This document shows positions 1 to 10,675 of a DNA stretch of 64,000 bases, one piece after another. The translations under genes and the position numbers were made by a program. The DNA is from Raillietiella orientalis. Lineage: Eukaryota. The notes under the pieces were generated by a model. The model searched no databases. It saw nothing but the letters and a program-made list of their open reading frames with translations, and was not told the origin of the DNA. Each line of letters begins with the position of its first letter. Positions within the stretch are counted from its first letter, which is position 1. The stretch covers positions 248,001 to 312,000 of the forward strand of contig JAYWIR010000032.1 of the NCBI GenBank assembly GCA_036172245.1. The letters run 5' to 3'.

Positions 1-1903
1 TTGGCCTTCCTGAGAGGGCCTATCTGAGAGGGCGTGCTCTTCCAAACAATGAAGAAGCAGCGGGCTTCTCGTTTCAGGCTTTACTCTCTGTTCCGGTGAG
101 GTCGGTTACTTCCGCCTCCTCCGTCGAGTGTTCGGCCTGCGCGATTAGTTTTCGAGATAGCGTCTCTATGTCGACCTTGGCGCAGAAGTTCGCCTTTACG
201 TCGAGAAGCTGTTTGTCTAGCTTCTCGCATTCGGTGACCTCCACAACCTGGTTGACCTTCTACTGTGCATTGCAGAACTCCTGCAAGATTTCCTCTTGCT
301 AGGGAATGCTCTGCACCTCTATGACTTCATTAGCCAGTGATGTCAGCTCCTCCGTAGATTGCAGGGCCTTTTGCATCACCGGAGTGGCTTCGGCTATTTC
401 TTCTTCCGCGCCTTCCTGCGCTACCTCCATCTTCTAGCCTTGTTGCTCTTCACCTTCAAGGAGAAGAGGGGTTTCTTGCTTCTTGACGAGCATCCTTTTC
501 TTTCCTTTCTTCCCTACCTGTATAAAGCCGTCTTCCGATACAGGGACGGCTTCTTTCTCCTTCTTTGGGCTTCCTGCCTCCTGAGGCTGTTTCGCCTCCT
601 TGGTGTTTCTCTCTCTCAAGGGAGAAAGACCTCGAATCCTTCTGCAGTTTGCAAACTCCGGACAGCTCCATTTGGCATGTCCGTGTTTCTTGCAGAAGGA
701 GTACACCTCCGGCTTCGGGCAGTTCCGGACTAGATGTCCTACTTTGCCGCAGGAGAAACAACGGCATGTTGGGCAAGTGCCGGCCCTGTGGCCGAACTGC
801 TTGCACCTTTGCAGAATACCGGTTGATGTTGGTAGCGCACGTTCACTCCCTGGGATTGTTCGTCAATGAACGTCAACCTAGGTATAACAGCTCCCTCCTC
901 CATCTTCATCATGGCGATCATGTCGCCAGAAAATATATTTCCAGAGAATTTCTGGAATTGAAGGTCCAGAACTTCCCCATACTGCTCCAAAAAGTTCCAC
1001 ACCGTTAGTTGCGGTGTGAGGATGGAGATGCCGTTCAGAAAGACGGTTGTGTATGGCATTTAGCCAATACCAAAAACCATCCTCCCTTGTATATTGATCC
1101 CTTTCTGGATCAATCGCTCTCTAAGATTTTTACAGTCTGTGAAGACTGTGAACCCGTTGTTTGCCGGTATGATCGCCTGTATGCGATCAAAATTGATATC
1201 CGTTTTATCGAGGGACAGATACACCTCCCTGATATTATTAAATTTGATCAGCCCAGTCTTGAAACTGATTTGCTTCACATTCGGTCCTAAATCTACGATT
1301 GGCCGATCCACCTTTTGGACTTTGCCGCATAGCGGCTTACCGAATTTTCTTGGTGGGTGGACACTCTCTTGTCCAGCCGCCACCGACGCATAGGAAAAGG
1401 GCTGCGCCGCCGCAGCCGAACAAGATGGCGTCTCGCCCTGCACCGCGTGGACGCCCGCGGGTCCTGCCTGGGACGCCGCCGCCGCGAGCGCAACCCTCGA
1501 TGTCGCCAACGTTGCCACCGCGGGCGGCACCCTCGGCATCGCCGCGGTAGGCGCGACCTTCTTTGCTGCGGGCACGATCCTCGGCGTCGCCGCCGCGGGC
1601 ACGACCTGCGCCGTCGTCTCCGCGGGTACGACCCTTGGCATCGCCGCCGCCGGCGCAGCAAAGCCCGCCACGGGCGCCATCCTCGGCATGCCTGCCACCG
1701 CCTCGCGGTTGCCGCACGTTATCTCCATGGCTTCCATGGGGGACGACGGTCTCTCCACTTCTCCTTCAGGTGCCAGCATCCTGGCAGCTGGTCTTGCTGC
1801 ACGGGACGACTGCAGGTCTTCCGCCGTGATAACCTCAGCGCTTCTTTTGTTGTTTTGTCTGGAAAGTTTTCTTCTCCGGACACACACGAGCACAATGAAC
1901 TGA
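1..1903 (-). mobile_element. M5: 5' end and gag-like ORF1 of an L1/Tx1-like LINE, disrupted, running off the left edge (or an inverted 5' part of P1)
   Basis: Joined minus-strand ORFs 1060..1893, 739..1059 and 434..706 give an Ala/Pro-rich N-terminus, an RRM-like region and three Cys/His knuckle-like motifs (roughly C-x2-C-KQFGHRAGTC, CFSCGKVGHLVRNC, SFCKKHGHAKWSC) across stops and frameshifts. An acidic tail continues to base 1. Confidence 0.8.
1440..1715 (-). repeat. Degenerate ~33-bp coding tandem repeat in M5 ORF1 (AAA[MT]PR[VI][VP]PA-like units)
   Basis: Repeated units in ORF 1060..1893 (AAAMPRVVPA, AAATPRIVPA, AAMPRVPPA); recurring cctcggcatcgccgc-like motifs on +. Confidence 0.75.
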
Positions 1904-1906
1904 TTA

Positions 1907-2636
1907 ATCGTCGCCGACTCGGCAGGAGAGGAGCAATCTGCCTACTGCCGCGGAGGTTGCGCTTTCGCCGCCATTTAAGATTGCAACGAAAGCTGCGCTC
2001 CAGGCGGCTGGGGAGGCACGTTCGGAGGCGTCCCTCACGAAAGTCACGGAGCGCCCAGAACGAACGGACGTCGCGTGTACGGTTGCGGTGGAAGGGAGAA
2101 AAATAAAATCTTTTAAAAATTCTCCGCAACCTAGTTCCAAGAGACTCTCCAAGGCAAAGAACAGTGGCGCGATGCTGAAGACACGCTCGAAGGTTCCCTC
2201 TGCCGCTGCAGAGGCTACCGCGGCGGTCGCGAATGGCGCGAAAGTTGCGATCGCCAGGGACAATGTTCCGGTGATCGCTAAAAAGGAAGTGTCCGCGGTC
2301 ATATTTGGGAGCACCTCCAAACCGACAGCGCAGGTGAGGCGCGAAGCGTCTGCGCTTCAATCAGACTCTCAAACGGAGTCTGGGATCACCGACGCACGTC
2401 GGATCACACGCGCGGAAGCCGTAGCGCGACGGGCTAAGGCCCTAAGGCGCGCAGCGCAGGCCGCGAAGGAGCGAGAGCTCATCCCGGAGCGTCAAAGGAC
2501 GTTACGCGGAAATGAGCACTTCATTTCGTGCAGCGCCAAGGAGGACAGTGGCGACCGTGATCTCCAGTCAGCAATGCTGCTCACCGTCCGCTCCCCGCGT
2601 AAAGCGGGTAAAATGCCGCCAAGATCCCAGCATTAA
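1907..2636 (+). pseudogene. P1 ORF1 C-terminal part (basic, Ala-rich)
   Basis: The frame of ORF 2088..2636 is open from ~1907 and ends in TAA overlapping the ORF2 ATG (cat TAATG). Confidence 0.7.
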
Positions 2637-5600
2637 TGCGGGGAATCGCGTCTTCTCGTTGTCTGTGTGTTACGTGTTGGAACGTGAACGGACTGCAGAA
2701 CGACGAGAAGAGGCGATTGGTAGCACACTCCATGCGCTCCTTTGACCTTGCGCTCCTGCAGGAGGTTTACGTAATCTCCGACGAGCAGGCAGCCGATATC
2801 GAGGAGCGCGCAGGCGGAACGCTGCTATGGCGGTGCGGCGACCCACACACGTGCGGCGTCGCGTTCCTCGTAAGAGGAAAAATGGCGGAAGCGGTACGTA
2901 GTGTTCGTTTTCACGACGACGGACGCGTGGGCCGAATTGTTGTCAAGTGGTCCGAGTCCATAGATCTTGTCGTAACGAACATCTACGCTCCGAGTGGCTC
3001 TCGCTACTTCGAACAAAGAATTGCGCACTTCGAGGAAGTGAAATGCCACTGGCTCAACAGCTCCGGCTTCCAAGTGGCGCACCTCGTCGCTGGGGACTTT
3101 AACGTCCTCCTGCTCTCCGACGATTGGAGCCCCCCGAGGGAGCGCGCGCTGCCCATCGAGATGTGCGCGTCCGTGCACGCCGCCAACTTGATGGTCAGCG
3201 AACGTGAAATGGAAAGATCGCTCGATCACGTTTTCCTCCATGAAAATGCATTCGCGTGTGGGTAGGAGAGGAAGATTGTTGACTAGGCTTTCTGACCACC
3301 ACAGGTTGGAGTTTGAGATCCTTCCGCCAGGCAGGGGGCCTCCGTTGCAAAGCTGGAGGATGCAGGCGGATTGGCTTAGCCAACCGGAAGCTGCGGGGCA
3401 TCTACGTGGATACCTCCGAGGCTTTGCCATTCAAGAACTTGCGGACTGGGATGATCTCAAAAGATCTGTCCGCGAGTTCTGTTGCCAATTCCCCTTGCAC
3501 CGGCTTCCATGCGGTTTCGGAGAGGGCGTGGCCAACAGTAGAGACTTTTTGCAGGCCCGCACGTTTTCGAGACGCGCGGATGTCGGGCGTCTTGCAGAGT
3601 ACAAGGCGAGGGCCGAGCGCCAGGTCTGGCAGTCCGGAGCAGCATGCCTGTTGGACTACAAGGGCCAGGAATATTCCGCCCCAGCCGAAGTACGCCGCAT
3701 TGTGGGACGCTACTACTCCTCGCTGTACGCGGAATCCCCGACAGAGGATATTCTTTCTGACATACTCCTGTCTCAGGATGCTCGTGTTGTCGGTGAGGAG
3801 GAACGCGAACGTCTCGACGAGCGCTTCACGGCGGATGAATTTTCGACCGCCATCGCTGGGCTGAAGAGACGAAAGGCGCCAGGCGAGGATGGGCTCCCTG
3901 CACAGTTTTATCAGTGCTTTGCATTGGAGCTCATTCCCTTGATGCTGAAACTCGCGACGCTGATGAGTGAATCCGGGAATGTCCCGGATTCCTTCCGCTC
4001 AGCGAAGGTGCGTCTCCTGCCGAAAGGCGGAGACTTGCGCCAACTTAACAACCGGCGTCCGATCACCTTGGTGAACTCGGACGTCAAGTTGTTTTCCAAG
4101 CTGTAAGTCGCGCGGTTAGGAAGTATCGCGGAATCTGTGGTGAGCCCGGAACAAACCTACGCGGTTCCGGGACGATCCATGGAGGCGAACATCCTTTTTG
4201 CGCGTACATGGATGCAGCTGCAGGAAGTTGTGGCGCAGCAAAGCCAGGCTGCTGCGAAAGTCACTGCCGCAGGCACGAAGAACAGGCGCCGACGGCAGGA
4301 GGGAACGCCAGGTGCCTTGGCGGTCGCGGTCGATCTCCACAAGGCGTTCGACTGCGTAAACCAGAAGCTGCTTTTGGAGCTTATGGAACGCCTTGGGTTC
4401 CCGGCGCAACTCCTGCTGTATTTGCGCGCGTGCTGGCGCCACGCGCTTACCTACATTACTTTCAGCGGCTGCCGCGTGTATGGTATTCCCGTTCGTAGGG
4501 GCATCCGACAGGGCGACAGCTTAAGCCCGTTGCTCTTCAGGATCTTCTTTGAGTTGGTGCTAAGAGCATACAGGCTGACGCTGTCTCACTTGCCAAGCTC
4601 CTGCCCGGGAACGCCTGCCGTGGCCGCCTACGCTGATGACCTGCTTCTTCTGCTCCCCATGTCCACCCCGGCGTCCAGTGTCGAGGATTTCTTCGACCTG
4701 ATTCGTCGGGGAGCGGGCGTGAGCGTGAACAGAGAGAAGAGCGTGGTCGTTCCTGTGGGTACGTCGTTGGAGGGGCAGTCCGACTGAATCCGCCTGGGGA
4801 TCCCCACGGGCGGGTACTTTAAGTACCTTGGCGTTCCGTTGGGCGCTTTCGGCGCAGCCGAAGCGTGGGCGGACTGTCTTCAGAAAGCAGAGTTGGACAT
4901 CAGCCCGTTCTTTAACGGCAAGTTTACCTTGCAGGAACGGGCGACTATTTGGAACACCTTTGTGGCCCCCCTCCTCCGTCCCCTGTTTTTTGTTTTGGAC
5001 CCCCCCTATGCGGCAAAACAGCGGGCTAAGCGCCTGCTCAGGAACGCTCTTTGGGGTCCGGTGAGATCCAGGATCCGCCTTAAAGATTTGTCAGCTCCGC
5101 GTCGGGATGCTGGTTTGGGTATCCTGACAATGGAGCGAATCGGACTGCAGGTGCAGTTCCGACTGCTGGCACTGTGTGTCCAGCTATGGACATCCCCCCT
5201 GTGTGTGCCAGCTCGCATTCTCCTGCGGAGATGCGCCGGCAGCGGAGGATTTCTCTCGCTTTTGCCGGGCACTCAATACAGGAAGCGGGGTTTCGGTTTT
5301 CCATTGCGGCAGTTGACCGCACTTCTGGAAGCACACTCTTGGATCTCCTGCCGCCCAATGAACTTTGAAGCTTGGCGGCAGGAGTCTGTTGAATCCTGGG
5401 CGGCGTTCCAAGGAATACGCCCTGAAGATCTTCGCCCCCTGCGTCAATTTTTTCCACGATCCTTGGGAGGAGTACTGCAGGACGAGGTGAAGTTTTCTAC
5501 CCTGGCTGCCACGCCTCTTGCCGCAGCGCTGTCTGCCCTCAGGGCAAGAAACGACAGTTACCAACCGGCGAAGTGGGAGGTTTCCTGCACGATAGCGGGA

Positions 5601-6226
5601 ACAACCAAACTCCTTGGCACCTGGAAGACAAGTGAGTTGGCGGACGCCGCCACTCCTCGTGTTACTGCAAAGGGACTCCTCCGGTGGGCAGAAGAACTTG
5701 CTGTCACCCCCGAAGAACTTGTAGTCCCTCCACAGTGTATGGACAGTTCGCTGCTCCCCTTGCTTGGAAACAAGCCGTGCTGCTTCTCGTTCACTGGGGT
5801 TTTCAGTGCAACGAGCGTTGGCTTCGTGACTCCGGGGGACTTGCGTCTCCGAACTGCGTTCGGTGCGGATCGACGGAGTCGATTCCGCACCTACTTCTGG
5901 ACTGCGGTGTCCTACAAGGACTGTGGCGTAGGCTGGCAACAGCACTATTGCATCCCGTGGACACCGCAAGAGACTTGCTGCGACGATTCTTCACGCCGAG
6001 CGGGCTTTCACTAAGCGCAAGGATTGCAACCATCGGTTGCATACGCGCGATAGTTTCCGTCCGCCAGGCGTTGGTAATCAACGGACAGCACCAAGAGGAA
6101 ATCAGCAAAGCATCCTTCTTCATGGGAGCATCCGCTAGATGGCCTCATTTGTCAGAGGAGACAAAGAGGAATCTCGCCGCAATACACCGCCGGTTTACAC
6201 ACCCTCATCAGCGGCCAACCCGGTGA
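2636..6226 (+). pseudogene. P1 ORF2: APE endonuclease - reverse transcriptase - CCHC finger (2 frameshifts, 2 stops)
   Basis: WNVNG, LQE, NIYAP, GDFN, DHV and SDH (EN); KAPGEDG, LLPKGGD, RPITL, DLHKAFD, GIRQGDSLSP, YADD and KYLG (RT); CVRCGSTESIPHLLLDC. Spread over ORFs 2636..3265, 3204..4106, 4137..4787, 4839.. and 5684..6226. Confidence 0.93.
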
Positions 6227-6538
6227 TCATTGCCCTACCCTCCATAAACTAAATTTGTATTTTCTTTTTACACCCGCGTCCCCATAGGCTCCGGAACATT
6301 TTAGGTGCTCATCCTATAAATCCCCGTGAGTACGGAGCCTAACCAAAAACCCGTTACCCTTCCCTCCAGTTTTTAATTTTTGTTTGTTTCCCCTCATTCC
6401 CCCCACGCTGCGAGCGGTTTGTTTACCAGGCCTGCGTGCCGGTAATTTTTCTATGTTCTCTGTCGTTCTCTTGGTTGGAACATTGTCCCTGACCAGTTTA
6501 TTAATACTAATAAACGCCCCGGCGTGACCGGGTGATAA

Positions 6539-6881
6539 ATTTCAATCTCCGCCTGCTAACAGGTGAGCCCGAAACACAAGAGTACGCGATGATCGAGTTG
6601 TTCGCCGCCATGAGTGCGCGCAACTTGTTCGCGGGTGACAGGGTAATGGTCCGCAGCATCGACCACGTCTTCCTCGACGCTGACCTGTGTTCACGGGTCC
6701 GCAAATTGGAGAAGATTGCCTCCACGCAGTCGGACCATTCCCGGCTAATTTTCGAGAAGCGGTCTCGCGACAATGGACCGCTATCCAGGGACTGGCGTCT
6801 CCCCGAGGTCTGGAAGCGCCTCTCAGGTGCGAAGGAACACCTTCGCGAATACCTGAGAGGCGTCACGCTCCGGAATCTCCA
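6539..6881 (+). mobile_element. P2 piece 1: endonuclease C-terminal half, from (D)FNLRLL to LRGVTLRNL
   Basis: ORF 6532..6885 has FNLRLL...SIDHVFLD...SDH...WRLP; its reading frame resumes at 12397. Confidence 0.88.
6865..6881 (+). repeat. Target-site duplication of M4, left copy (ACGCTCCGGAATCTCCA)
   Basis: Identical 17-mer at 12397-12413. Confidence 0.93.
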
Positions 6882-7094
6882 TTGAAACCCGGGTGCGCCG
6901 GGACGTTTATTCTCACGAATAAACCTATACAATCTGTGTCTGGACCAGTAGTCCAGCCACGCCGTGGAAAGATATAGCTTGCCGGGCTACCGGTGCGCAG
7001 ACCGGCGCGGTCGACCTCGGCAGCAGAGAAGAGGGGGAACGAAACAAAAAGAAAACAAAAAATAAACAAAAATCAGGGAGGGAGCGGGAAGGGA

Positions 7095-10000
7095 TCACAG
7101 TCTGCTGGGAGGGTCCGTCATCCTCTGGAGGATGCCGGCAAGCTATTTCTGCTTGTGTGGTTCCAGAAGGGGCCATCGCGTCGCCATCCTGAGGAAACGG
7201 GCGGCATACACGTTGGCATCCCTGTCGCTGGATCCTCCCGTCGCTTTGCTCCATGCCACTACGATCCCGCGTAGGCAGCACAGGGCTGCAAGCGAGGCCG
7301 CTGGAGGCAGGGCGTCACGGACGAAGAGGGGGCGCAAAGCGTCTCTGGAGTTGCCTCCGGGGATCCCCGGGGCTGCGGCAAAGCGTTCCCACAAGGGACG
7401 GAGGGCAACACAATCCACTAACAGGTGGGGGAGGTATTCCCTCTCCCCACACCTGACACAATTAGGGTTGACACCCCCCCGCGTCCAGTGGTGTCGGCGG
7501 GCGTTGCAAGGAAGCCCCCAATGCAACACCATCAGTGCCGACTGTTGCCACTTCATGGGGAGGGTGCGCGAGTCCATGAACACCGGGGGCCACTCGAGAT
7601 GTTCCTCTGGAACATCCAGTAGCTCTCCCCAGCGCAACAGTCCATTTGGGGTGGTCCTCGGGGTCGCAGCGTTGGTGAGCTGACCCGTTCTCCAATCCAC
7701 GATCTTCTTTGCCCTGCTGTCGATCTTGACAGTAACCTCCCATTGTGCCGCGACGTCGCTGCCCAGATGTTCCCGTAGGGTAGGCAGTACCGCAGCAAGG
7801 GAGGTTCTTTGTGCCCACGCTCTCTTTCGGGGATTCTCGATGATTTCTCGGAGCGTGCGGCGGGCATGCGGCCCGAACAGAGCTATTCGCTCGTGTTGCA
7901 GGCTCTGCTCCTGAATCATCGCCCACGTGCGGACGGTTTCCTGCAACCAGGCAGGACCGTTCGCGGAGCGTACGAGGATCCGCTCCGAGTTGTTCTTCAG
8001 GAGCTTGGCCGCCCTCCGAAGTTGAAGTCCGCAGTGGCAGATGGGGCTTCGGAGTGCAAAGTAGGACGAGAGTCCCGCATTGCCGGTGGCCCGCTCGACG
8101 AGGAGACGTGCAGGGAGGCACCAAGGGGTGCACCAATTTTCTGCCATAAAGGCAACAACTCGGAACTGGAGCTGTAGCTCCAGCCGCTCCAACGTCAGGA
8201 GGGCCAGACCACCATCCCGACCAGGAGCGCACAAGTCCGAAAGACGGACTCGGGGCCTCCCTCTGCCCCAAAGGGCGATCCTCAGGAGGTCCTCCGTCCT
8301 CTTCTTTGACTCCGCTGAGGGGGGGCAAACAAAAAGCAAGGGGCGAAGGAGGGGGGCCGCAAACGCGTTCCACGCCGCGGCCCGTTCCTGCAGGTAGAAC
8401 CTGCCTTCCTGGAACGGGCCGATCGCCTCCTGAGCCTTCTGAAGGCACCCGGACCACGCTTCCGCAGGGGAGTAATCCCCCAACGGCACACCAAGGTACT
8501 TGAAGTACCTCACCGTGGGGATCCCCAAAACGGACCCAGTCCTGCTGCCCTGCCCACGCCGCTCCGACTGGCATTACGGAAGACTTCGCCCTGTTCACCG
8601 TCAGTCCTGTTCCCCGACTCAGCAGGTCGAAGAACTCCTCGACCGCCGCAGCCGGGGTGGACATAGGTAGCAGCAGCAGAAGGTCGTCCGCGTACGCCGA
8701 AACCGCAGGCGTACCGGGGCAATCGCACGACAGGTGCGCAAGAGTCTCCCTGTACGCTCTCAGCACCAATTCGAAAAAGGCGCTAAATAGCAGGGGGCTC
8801 AGGCTGTCTCCCTGCCGTATGCCCTGTCGCACCGGTACTCCGTGCACGGTTTGCCCGCTGAAAAGAACATTAATGAGCGCGTCGCGCCAGCTGGAGCGCA
8901 GGTAGGCCAACAAAGAGGCCGGGAAGCCCAAGCGTTCCAGAAGCTCCAGCAGGAGATTCTGGTCGACGCTGTCGAATGCTTTACGCAAGTCGACAGCGAA
9001 CGCAAGGGCTCCCTTCCCCACCCGACCGTTCCGTCTCCCGCCAAGGGACGCACCGGAATTCCGGCTGCTCAATAAGCCCCTTCCTTGTTGGAGCTCTAAC
9101 CATGTGGAAGCATGGAACAGGTTCGCCTCCATGCTCGGCCCGGGAACAGCATAAGTCTGTTCCGGGCTGATGAAGATGTTGGCAACCCGTCCCAGACGCT
9201 CTGCCCACATCTTGGTTATCAACTTGGCGTCCGCATCCACTATTGTGATGGGACGCCAGTTGTTCATGCTCCTTAGGTCTCCTCCCTTCGGGAGGAGCCG
9301 CACCTTTGCTGAACGAAACGAAGTGGGAACGTCACCTGTTTCACGGATCAGCAAGGTGAGCTGATGTACCAGGGGAGTAAGCTCAGCCGCGAAAGTTTGG
9401 TAAAACTTCGCGGGCAGGCCGTCCTCCCTTGGAGCCTTCAACCTCTTGAGCTTTCCGATGGCCGAGAGGATCTCGTCCATCGTGAAAGGCTCGTCGAGGC
9501 TTCTTTTCTCCTCCTCCCCGATCGCTGGAGCACCTTCCGGAAGCAGAATTCGTGAGACGTCCCGCTCCGGAGGCGCCCTGGCGTACAGGGAGGAGTAAAA
9601 TTTCCTGACTATCCCGCGTTTCTGAGTGCGAACCGAGTGCTCCCGGCCTTGGTCGTCCAGCAAGCTGGCCGACCCGGATTGCCAGGCTTGCCTCTCGGCT
9701 CCCGCTCGATACTCTTCTAACCTGCGCATGTCGGGGGTTATCGCGTAACGTCGGGCCTGAAGATAGCACCTTTCGTTACGCGGCCCCTCCCCAAATCCCG
9801 CAGGTAGGCGATGCAGGGGGAACTGATCGCAGAACTCCTGGACCGACCGCTTGAAGCGGTCCCAGTTCTGAAGTGTCTGCATCCTGAAGCTCCGAATAAA
9901 CGCGCGGAGGTGCTCCGCCGCGTAGGGAAACTTCAGCCAGTCCCCTGGCAGACGCCACGCTGACGAAGGGGTCCTTGTCGCGCGGACGCACTTCGAACAT

Positions 10001-10675
10001 GATCCGACCATGGTCCGACAGCTTGGATGGTACCTTGCCGCGCCTGCCAACCCGAGAGCATAGGTGCTGATCAAAGTACACGTGATCGATGCTGTTTTCT
10101 ATGGCCGTCTCCCCGGCCAACAAGTTGCGCGTGTTCATTTCTGCGCACAACTCGTTGACGCGGTCGTTCAGTGTATCCGGCGCACCTGAAAGCAGGCGCA
10201 GGTTGAAATCACCTGCGATCAGGTGCGCTTTGCGTACTCCTGCATCGGTCAGCCAATCGCGTCTCAGGGCAAGGTAGAATTCCCTTCTTGCCTTCGCCCT
10301 GAACGCGTTGTTTCCGCTAGGAGCGTACAGGTTGGTGACGACCAGGTCGATAGTGTCGGACCAGCTGAGAGTCAGCTGACCGACGCGACCTGCGTCATCG
10401 AACCGAACGTCCTTTATTGCGGTCTCGATGGCTGGCCGAAGCAGGAAGGCGACACCGCTTGATTTCGCGGTGCCGCAACGCCACAACAGCCGCCCACCCG
10501 AGATCCGTTCGATCTCCCGGGCTTGATCTGCGGAGATCACGTGGATCTCCTGCAGCAGCACCAGGTCGAAGGATGCCAGGGTGGCGGCCACGTCACGCCT
10601 CTTGCCGTCGTCGCTTAGCCCGTTCACGTTCCAACAGGCGATCAGAAGACGACGGCGAGAGGCGATTCCCGGCAT
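7095..10675 (-). pseudogene. M4 ORF2 (EN-RT-CCHC), 2 frameshifts and a late premature stop
   Basis: ORFs 9776..10675 (WNVNG, LQE, NLYAP, GDFN, IDHV, SDH), 7462..10074 (DLRKAFD, QGDSLSP, YADD) and 7143..8528 (KYLG, CVRCGEREYLPHLLVDC). Confidence 0.93.

Larger units (their letters stand above)
1904..6538 (+). mobile_element. P1: L1/Tx1-like LINE, from the ORF1 C-terminal part through the 3' terminus
   Basis: ORF1 tail, TAATG overlap, EN-RT-CCHC ORF2, and a 3' UTR ending AATAAACGCCCCGGCGTGACCGGGTGATAA. Confidence 0.92.
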
